Assembly: GCA_021786945.1 (NCBI GenBank)
Contig: JAJYMK010000003.1
Coordinates: forward strand, 151,299 to 215,298
DNA from: a bacterium
GTDB lineage: Bacteria > Patescibacteriota > Minisyncoccia > UBA6257 > 02-FULL-45-10c
Direction of reading: 5' to 3'
Length of the DNA: 64,000 nucleotides
Part shown: positions 51,186-60,875 of the stretch, in pieces
How positions within the stretch are numbered: the first letter of the stretch is position 1
Layout of the letters: each line of letters begins with the position of its first letter
Translations under genes and position numbers: made by a program
The notes under the pieces: generated by a model
Seen by the model: the letters and a program-made list of their open reading frames with translations, nothing else
What the model was told of the DNA's origin: nothing
The model's database searches: none

Positions 51186-51887
51186 ATGAATAAGATATGG
51201 GCGGCTGTACTGATATTTGTGTTTATTCCAGCGTTTAATTCTCAAGTAAGCGCTGAGATTAAAATTCTGGATATTGAGCTTCCGGAAACGGAAATTTCAA
51301 CATCAACACTTGTAAGCGAAGATGTTGTGATTTATACCGGAGAAAAATTGGAGAGGCCGAAATTAAGCATTGCGCTTGGTTTGGGCAATGGCTATAAACT
51401 TGGCGATCAAAAAGATGGACGTTATCATTATGATAATAGTTCTGTCATTTCTCTTCAATTTGGATATTTACCTTCAAAATATTTAGAAGTTCAGGGTGAA
51501 TATTCCAGAGTTGGAAATTTTTATCGCAAAAGATCATGGGGTGAGCAAAATCAAAGATTTAATAGTTATGGATTAAATCTTAAATTAAAAAGACCCTTGA
51601 TGTTTGATTCGATAAAATTATTTCCTTATATAGTAGTAGGTATGGGAAAAAACAGAATGACTTACTGCGGCATAGATACCGGAAAAAATTTCAGTTATTC
51701 CGGATTTGGAAATTACAGAAAAATAGGAGTAGGGGCTGAAGTTGACTTAAATAGGGATTTTTTTCTGTTTTCTGAATATAACTACTATAAAATGGGTTTA
51801 ATTACCTTCCGTCTTAAAAGCGGAAAGGAAGTCAAAAACTTCCCATATTATTCAGTAGTTTTTTCCGGAATTGGAATTAAATTCTAA
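51186..51887 (+). CDS. Outer-membrane beta-barrel-like protein (OmpA/OmpW-type)
   Basis: Signal peptide; alternating strands (LQFGY, LEVQGEY, PYIVVGMG, GVGAEV, LFSEYNY); terminal GIGIKF. Confidence 0.7.
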   Translation: MNKIWAAVLIFVFIPAFNSQVSAEIKILDIELPETEISTSTLVSEDVVIYTGEKLERPKLSIALGLGNGYKLGDQKDGRYHYDNSSVISLQFGYLPSKYLEVQGEYSRVGNFYRKRSWGEQNQRFNSYGLNLKLKRPLMFDSIKLFPYIVVGMGKNRMTYCGIDTGKNFSYSGFGNYRKIGVGAEVDLNRDFFLFSEYNYYKMGLITFRLKSGKEVKNFPYYSVVFSGIGIKF

Positions 51888-51901
51888 AGTAGCTAAAATC
51901 T

Positions 51902-51933
51902 AAAACCCGCATTTTTCAAAATGCGGGTTTTTT
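51902..51933. terminator. Bidirectional terminator
   Basis: aaaacccgcatttt tc aaaatgcgggtttt. Confidence 0.85.
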
Positions 51934-51940
51934 ATTTATC

Positions 51941-54900
51941 TTAATTTTTCTGACATTCACCAGAAGATGAACATGTATATCCTTCATCACACGTTCCGCA
52001 ACTTATCATTCCCCCGCAAACCGGATCGGTCATATTTCCACACTCCCTTTTACTTTTATTAGCAGTTACACAAATGCTTGAAATATTCGGGACGCACACG
52101 CAATTATTATTGATACATTGTTCTTGTTTTGTCGTATTACAAATTTTTGGACCAAGCACGCTTTGATTTTTAACGGGACTGCAATTAGTAGTAGATTGTA
52201 AAAGTGTTCCGCATGTATTTGATGTAATAGCTGGACTCCAAATTGGCGTAAGAGTTCCCGATACATTGTATTTTCTAACTCCGCAATTACTTATTTGAGT
52301 AAGTGTTGATCCTTGGCAAACAGTTGAATCAGGCGGTGACCAGATTGAGTCGGTGCAAGTAAAAGCCGTTCCACCAACTGATTCTTCATAGCTATTTTCG
52401 TCTCCAGCAATAACTATTGAAAACTTATCCATATTTCCTTCTGCCGCAATAAACCAGGTGGGATCAATGTAGCAGCTCCCCCCTTCAAATTTAAGAGTAC
52501 TCCAATCATAGTTTGAAATACTAAAACAATAATGTTTTATTCCATTTACTGATACATAAACATTATAGCCGGTTGCTAAATCGCCGGAAACGGAGTTTAT
52601 AGTAAGCTTTCCTGATGTTAAATCAAAATTTAATGGATTAATTGTCACCGGTCCTGGTTCTGGATATGTTATCCTGAACCCATTTTTTAAAGTTGATTGA
52701 GTCAGGATATTGTTATTTGCATCTTTCATGACAACTTTAACGTCGAATAGTCCTGTAGTAACTGCGCTAATATCGCAAACGCCATTTGTTATTTCCGTAG
52801 AACTTGCAAATTTAAAACCTGAACAATTAATTAAATCATTAGCGCCTGGATTTATCAGTGCCACTTCTATTTTTACGGGAGGCGGCAAAAATCCTGCGCC
52901 GTAAATGGATATATTTTCAATTTTATTTTGATAGTTCAAACCATCAGTAGTTACTATTATTCCATCGCTTGAACCGAGGCTATTTTTAGCTCGAATTGTA
53001 TATGAAAGTTTTTGTTGTGGGGTTTCCTTGAATTTATTGTCGTCGAAAGAAGTTGTTGTTCTTTGTATTTCAGTTGTGCTTCCTACGCCACTTCTGGTGA
53101 TAATATATTCTAAATTTTCCCCACCTAAATTTAAAGGTGGATCCCATGACAAAGAAAACCCCCTATTTATTGGAATGATTTTGACATTTCTTGGATTAGA
53201 TGGCTTACTTTTTGTGGTATACACTAAAGAAGTGGGTACTGTATCTTCTATTCTTGAGCAGCCGGACAAGGATGCTTGCATTGTTCCACAAATTATTGTT
53301 TTAAGATGAATAGTTGGATTGCCCCATTCGGAATTATAGTCAACTTGCCTCATAGATCCACTAAAATAACCGTAATTGGCATAACTTGCGCCGCTAGGAA
53401 GACTGAATTTAATCTCATCCAGTGATTTATAAACCCATAAACTATCTAGGCCACAATTAGCGCAATAATTGTATCCCATATAGCCAATATGATACGGAAA
53501 ACAAATTCCATAATGATCAACGCAGTTGCCGGATAACGTACAACAAGAATTTGCATTTTGCTTTGTAAATGTAGATCCGCTTTCGGCACAGCTTGGTTTT
53601 GCTCCCCAGCAACTACTTCCTCTTCCGCCTAAAACATTTGGAGAGTTATACATTGTCCCATTCTTCCAAATAGGAAATGAATCTATAGAAGCTTTTATGT
53701 AGCCATTAGAATTTAAGCAGTTTAGCAAGGATTCCATAGTTTTCGTTGTTGCTTCTGTTTGTGTTTTGTAAGAACCCTGCCAATTAATATCCTCGGACGA
53801 TCTTAAAGAATCTGTTGGTGTAAGATACACAGATCCGTCTGGAGCAACGTATTTGCTTACAAATGGCGAACAAATATATTTTGCTTCTGGATTGGTACAC
53901 GGTATCCCAATAGCTTGTGGGCAATATCTGCGATAAACTACTTTATCAAATTTTATAGCTTTATATTCTATAGGACTTGGGCTTGCATTTATTTCCCCGC
54001 TTTGAGAGCTAGCCCCAACATTATTTTTTGCGGCAATTTTATAATAATAAGTGGCTCCATTTATTACGGCGGTATCCACATAGTTCAAAACATTTCCAAT
54101 TTCAATTGGACTGGAATTGAATTGCCCAGAAACCTCACTTTTATAGATGAGGTAACCAGTAATTGGACTTCCCCCGTCTTTTGTGGGAGAGTTCCAATTT
54201 AATGAAACTTGGGCATTTTCACTGTTGGCAGAAAAATTTTGAGGAATTTCCGGAGCTATGGCAAAGGGCGTAGCATCTGCTTCGCTGCTTTGAGTTCCAA
54301 TGCCTTTTGTATTTTTTGCGGCAATTTTATAAAAATATTTTGTACCGTTAGAAACAGTTGTGTCCGTATAGGTTAATACGTTTGCTGTTTCGGTCAAAAG
54401 CGTTTCTCCGCCAGAAGCGGTTCCTCTATAAATTTCATAATTAGTTATAGCATCACCGCCGTTATTAATTGGAGCTGCCCAGGAAAGAGAAGCTTGAGAA
54501 TTTTCACTTACAACGATTAAATTTTGCGGAGCATCTGGGCTGGAAATGGTAAATGCAGAAAAAGTTGGAACCACGATATGGCTAACATCGTAACAGTTTT
54601 TACCATTTATATCACATCTTGTTTTAGTAATATCAATTATTGGCGGGAGGAATGTTGGATACATAACTCTATCCTGGCCAATAATATCGAGTTTTCCGTA
54701 TGTCCAAATCTGAAATTCAGGGGTGTTTTCGAGGATGGTGTACCACCGTCCCGTCCAACCATATTGCAGACATTTTTTTTTCAAATTATTGATACTTTCA
54801 TCAATAGCTTGAGCTTGTGAGTTGAAGGTTTTTACTTCTGGCCCACCATATTTTGTAACGTCTAAGCAGGAATCATCATTCGATCTAAGAAAGCGTGAAT

Positions 54901-54982
54901 TTTTGTAAAAAGTATCTGCGTTAACCGAAAACGGATTTATTAATAAAGCTCCGACTAATAATAATAAATTTTTTTTATTCAT
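51941..54982 (-). CDS. Large secreted fibronectin type III and Cys-rich surface protein
   Basis: Signal peptide, three Fn3 repeats (LSWAAP..GG..IT.Y.IY, YYYKIAAKN), Cys-rich blocks and C-terminus. Confidence 0.85.
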   Translation of the reverse strand: MNKKNLLLLVGALLINPFSVNADTFYKNSRFLRSNDDSCLDVTKYGGPEVKTFNSQAQAIDESINNLKKKCLQYGWTGRWYTILENTPEFQIWTYGKLDIIGQDRVMYPTFLPPIIDITKTRCDINGKNCYDVSHIVVPTFSAFTISSPDAPQNLIVVSENSQASLSWAAPINNGGDAITNYEIYRGTASGGETLLTETANVLTYTDTTVSNGTKYFYKIAAKNTKGIGTQSSEADATPFAIAPEIPQNFSANSENAQVSLNWNSPTKDGGSPITGYLIYKSEVSGQFNSSPIEIGNVLNYVDTAVINGATYYYKIAAKNNVGASSQSGEINASPSPIEYKAIKFDKVVYRRYCPQAIGIPCTNPEAKYICSPFVSKYVAPDGSVYLTPTDSLRSSEDINWQGSYKTQTEATTKTMESLLNCLNSNGYIKASIDSFPIWKNGTMYNSPNVLGGRGSSCWGAKPSCAESGSTFTKQNANSCCTLSGNCVDHYGICFPYHIGYMGYNYCANCGLDSLWVYKSLDEIKFSLPSGASYANYGYFSGSMRQVDYNSEWGNPTIHLKTIICGTMQASLSGCSRIEDTVPTSLVYTTKSKPSNPRNVKIIPINRGFSLSWDPPLNLGGENLEYIITRSGVGSTTEIQRTTTSFDDNKFKETPQQKLSYTIRAKNSLGSSDGIIVTTDGLNYQNKIENISIYGAGFLPPPVKIEVALINPGANDLINCSGFKFASSTEITNGVCDISAVTTGLFDVKVVMKDANNNILTQSTLKNGFRITYPEPGPVTINPLNFDLTSGKLTINSVSGDLATGYNVYVSVNGIKHYCFSISNYDWSTLKFEGGSCYIDPTWFIAAEGNMDKFSIVIAGDENSYEESVGGTAFTCTDSIWSPPDSTVCQGSTLTQISNCGVRKYNVSGTLTPIWSPAITSNTCGTLLQSTTNCSPVKNQSVLGPKICNTTKQEQCINNNCVCVPNISSICVTANKSKRECGNMTDPVCGGMISCGTCDEGYTCSSSGECQKN

Positions 54983-54986
54983 GATT

Positions 54987-55442
54987 TTATTTAATTATCG
55001 TTAATTCAATTAAATCTAAGATTTTATTGGTTAAAACATTTTCTTTAATCAGGGCATCAAATTTATAGCCGGATTTTATTTCTCGAATTGATATGTCCGA
55101 TAAATAATTTCCATTAGGTTTTATTTCATTGATATATATTTTAGTAGAAGTTGATATATTTAAGGAATACTCATTTTCGGTGTAAGTATTATTAATACCT
55201 ATAGATGTTCTTTCGGCTGTTAATACCTTTGCCGTTACCAAGATTTTATTTCCATTAATTGATTTTATGGTTCCGTTTAAAGCATTTAATACAAATGCAT
55301 CATTTTCTAAATTTTTAAAAGATTCGGTTTGGGCTACAAGATAATTATCTGATTTTTTATAGATTGAATAAGTAAAATAACCAGCAATAATAAGAGTTAT
55401 AAAAATAATTACGAATATTAAAATTTTTTTATTTTTTGTCAT
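54987..55442 (-). CDS. Hypothetical protein with N-terminal TM
   Basis: Start set at MTKNKK followed by a hydrophobic helix; 4 bp from the Fn3 gene. Confidence 0.7.
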   Translation of the reverse strand: MTKNKKILIFVIIFITLIIAGYFTYSIYKKSDNYLVAQTESFKNLENDAFVLNALNGTIKSINGNKILVTAKVLTAERTSIGINNTYTENEYSLNISTSTKIYINEIKPNGNYLSDISIREIKSGYKFDALIKENVLTNKILDLIELTIIK

Positions 55443-55540
55443 ACTTTTATTGTACCCCTCCCTTTTAATAATTACCAATTTGTTAATAATTTTTTTAAAA
55501 AATTGCATTTTTTGTTAATTTATTGTAAAATATTTACTCA

Positions 55541-57340
55541 ATGAAAAAGATACGCAACATAGCCATCATCGCTCACGTTGACCACGGCAAGTCTACTTTA
55601 GTGGACGCTATGATGAGACAATCAGATACTGATTTGGGTAAGCTTGGCGATCAGGAAATGATAATGGATTTTAATGATCTCGAAAGAGAGCGCGGTATTA
55701 CTATTTTTTCAAAAAATGCCGCTGTTTATTACGGCGATACCAAAATAAACATTATAGATACTCCGGGACACGCCGATTTCGGCGGCGAGGTAGAACGTGT
55801 ATTGAATATGGCCGATGGCGTATTACTTTTGGTTGACGCTCAGGAAGGCCCTATGCCTCAGACGAGATTTGTTTTGAAAAAGGCATTGTCTTTCAACCAC
55901 AAAGTTATTGTAGTTATAAATAAAATAGATAAAAAGAATGCCAGAATTAATTATGTATTAGATAAGATTATTGAGTTATTTATTGAACTTGGCGCTACTG
56001 ACGAACAGATAAATTTCCCCATTGTTTATGCCGCTTCAAAGCTTGGAAAGGCCGGCGATAGTCCTGAGTTAGATAAAATGACTGATGTAAAACCGGTTTT
56101 TGAGGCAGTTTTAAAACATATCCCCCAGCCAAAATTTGATCCGGAAGCTCCATTGCAAATGATGGTTGTAACTATTGGCTATGATAATTATAAAGGCAGA
56201 ATTGGGATAGGCAGAATTTATCAGGGTAAAATAAAAAACAATCAGCAGGTTATGCATATACCAAGAGAGGGTCAGGCTAAGCTTGGTAAAATTTCAAGTT
56301 TAATGACTTTTGTTGGTTTGGGTAAAGTTGAAGCCGCTGAATGTGAAGCCGGTGATATTGTCGCAATAAGCGGAATAGAAAATATAAATATTGGTGATAC
56401 CATTGCCGATCCGGTGAACCCAATAGCTCTCCCGCCGATCACCGTAGAAAAGCCGACGGTTAAAATGATTTTTAGCGTAAACAACTCCCCCTTTGCCGGT
56501 CAGGAGGGAGATTATTGTACTTCTAGAAATTTGAAGGAAAGATTGGAAAAAGAATTAGATAATGACGTGGCGCTCAAAGTGGAATCCGGCAAATCAACTG
56601 ATGAATTTGTGGTCAGCGGACGAGGAGAGCTCCATTTGGGAATTTTAATTGAAACTATGAGGCGTGAAGGTTATGAGTTCCAGGTTTCCAAACCCGAAGT
56701 TATTTTAAAAGAAGAAAACGGCCAGACAATGGAACCGTCGGAAGATGCCTGGATTGAAGCTCCGGAAAAATATTCCGGAACAATTATTGAAAGAATGAGT
56801 AATAGAAAGGGCATGATGAAAGATATGCGTACGGAAAACGGAATTGTTTACTTTTATTTTTCTATTCCCACAAGAGGTTTAATAGGATTTAGAAATGAAT
56901 TTATGATTGAAACCAAGGGCTTAGGAATTATTAATACTCTCTTTGCCGGATACATTCCTTTTGTTGATGGGTTAAAAACAAATCCTCACGGTTCAATAAT
57001 AGTTCACGAAACAGGAACAACTACTGCTTACGGACTTTTGATAGCTCAGGAAAGGGGCGAAATGTTTGTGGGTCCGGGCGTAAAAGTTTATGAAGGCCAA
57101 GTTGTGGGACAAAATGCAAAAGCCATGGATTTGGCTGTTCATGTATGCAGACAGAAACAGCTTACTAATTTTAGGGCAAAAACAGATGCTGTTACCGACG
57201 ACCTTATTCCTCCACGCGATATGAGCCTGGAACAATATTTGGAATATCTAGGTGACGACGAGCTTTTAGAAGTTACTCCAAAAAGCTTAAGGATCAGAAA
57301 GAGAATTTTAAGTAATGCCTTAAGAGAAAAAGGAAAATAA
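55541..57340 (+). CDS. typA: Translational GTPase TypA/BipA
   Basis: [50 protein letters not shown]. Confidence 0.98.
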   Translation: MKKIRNIAIIAHVDHGKSTLVDAMMRQSDTDLGKLGDQEMIMDFNDLERERGITIFSKNAAVYYGDTKINIIDTPGHADFGGEVERVLNMADGVLLLVDAQEGPMPQTRFVLKKALSFNHKVIVVINKIDKKNARINYVLDKIIELFIELGATDEQINFPIVYAASKLGKAGDSPELDKMTDVKPVFEAVLKHIPQPKFDPEAPLQMMVVTIGYDNYKGRIGIGRIYQGKIKNNQQVMHIPREGQAKLGKISSLMTFVGLGKVEAAECEAGDIVAISGIENINIGDTIADPVNPIALPPITVEKPTVKMIFSVNNSPFAGQEGDYCTSRNLKERLEKELDNDVALKVESGKSTDEFVVSGRGELHLGILIETMRREGYEFQVSKPEVILKEENGQTMEPSEDAWIEAPEKYSGTIIERMSNRKGMMKDMRTENGIVYFYFSIPTRGLIGFRNEFMIETKGLGIINTLFAGYIPFVDGLKTNPHGSIIVHETGTTTAYGLLIAQERGEMFVGPGVKVYEGQVVGQNAKAMDLAVHVCRQKQLTNFRAKTDAVTDDLIPPRDMSLEQYLEYLGDDELLEVTPKSLRIRKRILSNALREKGK

Positions 57341-57364
57341 AAACTCCCCTTTCGGGGAGATTTT
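57339..57364. terminator. Terminator after typA
   Basis: ctcccc tttc ggggag with flanking A/T runs. Confidence 0.7.
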
Positions 57365-57365
57365 A

Positions 57366-57722
57366 TTATTTAGAAGATTTCTTTTTTGGCTTCACTTTCA
57401 AATCCTTTTTGATGTGTTTCCAATGGCTTTTCATTTCTTTTACCAAATGATTCAATTCTTTTTGGTCAACATTTTTAAGTATCTTGTATCTTTCGGCCAT
57501 GGCATCAATCACATCGTGATAAGTGCCCTCACTCATATTTTTCATATGCTCCATTTCCTGAAGAACTTCGCCTTTGGCTTTTAGCATCCAGCCTTTTACT
57601 TTCTTTCTGTTTTTTACTGAATTTTTACTTCCATACAAGAAATAAGTTCCTGCAGCGGCAGCGGCAAGAGCAGCCAATCCTAAACCTGTCTCAATTGCTA
57701 CTTTTTTTGTTTTCTTTTTCAT
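57366..57722 (-). CDS. Hypothetical protein with N-terminal Ala-rich membrane anchor
   Basis: GLGLAALAAAAAGTYFLYG followed by a charged helical region. Confidence 0.75.
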   Translation of the reverse strand: MKKKTKKVAIETGLGLAALAAAAAGTYFLYGSKNSVKNRKKVKGWMLKAKGEVLQEMEHMKNMSEGTYHDVIDAMAERYKILKNVDQKELNHLVKEMKSHWKHIKKDLKVKPKKKSSK

Positions 57723-57746
57723 TTTTTATTTTTTTTAATTTGTTAT

Positions 57747-58013
57747 TTATTTTTGTTTTTTACGGCCCTTTAAATTATTAAAAAAATTTACAAAATGCTT
57801 TACTTTGGCGCCTTCGGTTTTAACATTCTGTCTGAGTTCCGCAATATCTTCTTTAATTAGCCCTGCCTCATCTTTTGCTTTTTCCGAAATATCGTCAACA
57901 TTTCTTAGGATTCGTATGAGGTAAGTGATTAATATACCTAAAAGAATTGTTAGTATCACTACCGCGATAGATGTGATAAAAAAGAATATTTCAGATTTCA
58001 TTAAAGAGTCCAT
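57747..58013 (-). CDS. Single-TM coiled-coil small protein (DUF948-like)
   Basis: IFFFITSIAVV TM then heptad-like region. Confidence 0.7.
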   Translation of the reverse strand: MDSLMKSEIFFFITSIAVVILTILLGILITYLIRILRNVDDISEKAKDEAGLIKEDIAELRQNVKTEGAKVKHFVNFFNNLKGRKKQK

Positions 58014-58052
58014 TTTTTTATATTTTAGATATTGTTATTATTATAAACCAGT

Positions 58053-58529
58053 TTATTTTTTTAACAACAAGAAGATTAGGATAGCTACTATTATCGCCTG
58101 AGAGGATATTGTAATAATTTTATTTGTTACGACAGAATGAATTTTTTTATGAATTTCTGAATGTTTGTTTAGGGCCTTTGTAAAAATATTTCTTTCTTTA
58201 TTTTTAATGCAATAGTTTAAAAAAGCTAAGCCATCGGGAAGTATTGCAAAAAAAGCTCCTGTTAAAGCCAGTAATATTTCGCTTGAATTTTTATTCTGAA
58301 TTAAATATAAAATCGTAAGCAGCCCGATTGATAAATCGATAAAGATTTTGACAAATTCTTTTCCGGCGGATTTAAAATCCCCGTGTGTTATATTCTCTAT
58401 TTTATATTCAACATGAGGAATAGAATCTAAAAAATAATGACTGGTTAAGCCTAAAACTATTGCTGCGCCTACACTTCCACTGTTTGTTGCCAATACCGCT
58501 CCCGTTATTGAATGAACCGATAAAATCAT
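58053..58529 (-). CDS. Membrane protein with metal-binding His/Asp motifs (putative metal-dependent hydrolase)
   Basis: H...G, SHYFLD.IPH, LPD, H...H. Confidence 0.7.
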   Translation of the reverse strand: MILSVHSITGAVLATNSGSVGAAIVLGLTSHYFLDSIPHVEYKIENITHGDFKSAGKEFVKIFIDLSIGLLTILYLIQNKNSSEILLALTGAFFAILPDGLAFLNYCIKNKERNIFTKALNKHSEIHKKIHSVVTNKIITISSQAIIVAILIFLLLKK

Positions 58530-58615
58530 ATGTTTTTTAAGTCTTTATATTATAACAAATACATTGGAATTTTAGAAAAATTGTGATAATATTTTTAAAT
58601 ATTCGTCGGTTTTAT

Positions 58616-58686
58616 TGCCGGGTCGTCTAACGGTAGGACATCGCCCTTTGGAGGCGAGTATCGGGGTTCGAGTCCCTGCCCGGCAG
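58616..58686 (+). tRNA. tRNA-Gln(TTG), CCA not encoded
   Basis: Acceptor tgccggg/cccggca, D-arm gtc..gac, anticodon arm tcgcc-ctTTGga-ggcga, T-loop GGTTCGAGTCC. Confidence 0.96.
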
Positions 58687-58689
58687 CTC

Positions 58690-59397
58690 CTAAGTTTGCA
58701 GTTTATATAATTCTTCTAACGCTATAACATGGCTACAAATTTTTTTCTGTGTAAAAAAATCACAATCACAAAGCCATTGATTGTCTCGTTTTATTAAATT
58801 TCTAGTACCGTGTTCGGCATCTATTGTGGCTTTTTCTAATTCTATTTTGAATCTTCTGGGTTCATTTATATATTTTTTAGCTTTAATAATTTTTCCGATT
58901 AAATCCTCAACAAATTTTTGATTTAATTCCCTATTATTTTCAGTTAATTCAATTAATATTATATCCTTTCTTTTTTTAATATTTTCAATAAAATCGTCAC
59001 TATATATTTTAGATAAAGTTACTAAACAAATATTGGGAGAATTTAATATTAAATTGGTTGCTTTTTTAAATTTTTCTGAATAAAGTTCCATTTGTCCAAT
59101 CTCATCTAAATATAAAAGATCCCCTTCTTTAAATTGAAGTATTTCGGGAATGACTAATTCTAGATTGTTTATATCTACAAAATATCTTGAAACTTTATAT
59201 TCTGTTAAAAAATTAACACTTGCGAGCATGGCCTTTTTGCCGGTGCTGGTTACTATTTCAAAACCAACCCTTTCGCCATTTTCGCGAACTTCGTTAGTAA
59301 CAAATCCAACTTTGTTTGGATAACTCAAAATGACTTTATTTAAGAGTGTAGACTTACCACTTCTTGGCATTCCCGTAACAATAATATTTTTTCTCAT
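58690..59397 (-). CDS. NTPase_1/THEP1-family P-loop NTPase fused to a SWIM-type zinc finger
   Basis: TGMPRSGKST, GF.T.EVRE.G.RVGF, LDEIG.MEL; C-terminal CDC...CSH; start set at MRKNII. Confidence 0.85.
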   Translation of the reverse strand: MRKNIIVTGMPRSGKSTLLNKVILSYPNKVGFVTNEVRENGERVGFEIVTSTGKKAMLASVNFLTEYKVSRYFVDINNLELVIPEILQFKEGDLLYLDEIGQMELYSEKFKKATNLILNSPNICLVTLSKIYSDDFIENIKKRKDIILIELTENNRELNQKFVEDLIGKIIKAKKYINEPRRFKIELEKATIDAEHGTRNLIKRDNQWLCDCDFFTQKKICSHVIALEELYKLQT

Positions 59398-59438
59398 TAG
59401 ATAAATATTATCACATTTGTACGGCTTCTTTTTCTTTG

Positions 59439-59470
59439 AAAAAGGTTCCAACTTCGTCCCAGACGGCCAG
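59439..59470 (+). repeat. 32-bp direct repeat, copy 1 (putative att-like site)
   Basis: aaaaaggttccaacttcgtcccagacggccag, identical at 60113 and 63049. Confidence 0.95.
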
Positions 59471-59536
59471 CAAATCAATCCCCTATTTTTAAATCAAAAC
59501 TATTGATATAATTTTTGTATTAAATTTTTAAAAATT

Positions 59537-60088
59537 ATGAATAATATTTTTAAATCTAAAATCAAAAGAGAAATTGTCAATTTTTTAACCGGCGAAAAAT
59601 ATGAAATGCTTGGTGGCTTAGACATGTCTTTTTCGGAAGATGATGTTAAAAAGATTACAAAAATATGTTCCCAAAAAGATGCTTACGATATTTTATTTAA
59701 AAATAGATTAAGCGGAAAGCCTTATACAGAAAAAAATGCCCGGAGTTTTATAGATTGGATTAAAGACGGTTGGAAAAATCAAACTCATTTTGTGTTTTTG
59801 ATAAGAAAACAAGATTCGGAGATAATTGGCGCCATTGATATAAAAAGCCCCGATCTTAATAGGGCTGAGATTGGATATTGGGCTGATGAAAATTATAGAG
59901 GTTTTATGACAAGCGCTGTAAATGAATTATTTTTTATAGCAAAAGAAAGTGGTTATATTAAATTATTTGCCGGAGTTTTGGCTAAAAACAATAAATCTAT
60001 TGCCGTATTAGAACGTACTGGTTTTAGGAAGGTAAAAGAAGATAAAAAAGACGGCGAAGATCATTTCATATACGAAAAAGAATTATAA
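59537..60088 (+). CDS. GNAT family N-acetyltransferase (RimJ/RimL-like)
   Basis: IIGAI, AEIGYW....RGFMT.A, N..SIAVLERTGF. Confidence 0.9.
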   Translation: MNNIFKSKIKREIVNFLTGEKYEMLGGLDMSFSEDDVKKITKICSQKDAYDILFKNRLSGKPYTEKNARSFIDWIKDGWKNQTHFVFLIRKQDSEIIGAIDIKSPDLNRAEIGYWADENYRGFMTSAVNELFFIAKESGYIKLFAGVLAKNNKSIAVLERTGFRKVKEDKKDGEDHFIYEKEL

Positions 60089-60098
60089 TCTTAGCTTA

Positions 60099-60839
60099 GT
60101 GATTACCTTCAAAAAAAGGTTCCAACTTCGTCCCAGACGGCCAGAATACACCATAAAAGACGGCGTTGTTTTGGAATCAGAGCTAATAAAAAATCGTTTT
60201 TTTGATTCTAAACAAATTAAGAATTTAAAAGAATCAGTTGAGTGGAGAAGCGTTCCCTTATTTAATATGAATTACCCGATTAATCTTTATATATTATCAA
60301 AACACCCAGAAATAATTTCTAAAGAAGATTATAAAAAGTTTTTAAGACAATCACTTGAGAGAATAAAATTAGGCGTTTTAAAAGCAGAGGAAAATGTTAA
60401 GGGGGATGGACATAATTATTTAGAAATTACAAATAACTATGCCGGTAAGAGCATATGGTTTTCAGAAGAACGGGTAGTAAAAGAAGGAGATGATAAATAT
60501 AAAAAAATATCAGAATATGCTGAAAAATTTGTTAAAGATTTATTTGATCAGAATTCATCTAAATATGTGGGTATAACAAAGGATGAATATCAATTGAGTA
60601 ATGAGATATTAGAATATATAGAAAAATTAATTAATAATATAGAGATAGCCTCAAAAAATAAAGATGTTTTTAAAATTAAATATTTAGTTGCATCTATTTT
60701 TTTAACATTTATAATTTCTTTGATTGTTAGTTGGTTTGTAAAAATAAACGCATTTATTATTTTTATAGTCGTTCAAATAGTTACTTTTTTTCAGGCTTTT
60801 ATTGGTGGCTGGATAGATAAAAAAATTAAAAAAAGATAA
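60099..60839 (+). CDS. Hypothetical protein with two C-terminal TM helices; start uncertain (frame reads through repeat copy 2)
   Basis: 246-aa open frame with hydrophobic C-terminus. Confidence 0.6.
   Translation: MITFKKRFQLRPRRPEYTIKDGVVLESELIKNRFFDSKQIKNLKESVEWRSVPLFNMNYPINLYILSKHPEIISKEDYKKFLRQSLERIKLGVLKAEENVKGDGHNYLEITNNYAGKSIWFSEERVVKEGDDKYKKISEYAEKFVKDLFDQNSSKYVGITKDEYQLSNEILEYIEKLINNIEIASKNKDVFKIKYLVASIFLTFIISLIVSWFVKINAFIIFIVVQIVTFFQAFIGGWIDKKIKKR
60113..60144 (+). repeat. 32-bp direct repeat, copy 2
   Basis: Exact copy. Confidence 0.95.
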
Positions 60840-60875
60840 ATCCCATTCCTTTGTAAAAATAGGTATTCAGGTATC

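Noticed and set aside
59398-59478. N-terminal extension MICWPSGTKLEPF of the NTPase in the ORF track
   Set aside because: It is just the repeat read in another frame; a promoter-like motif and the domain boundary favour the ATG at 59397.
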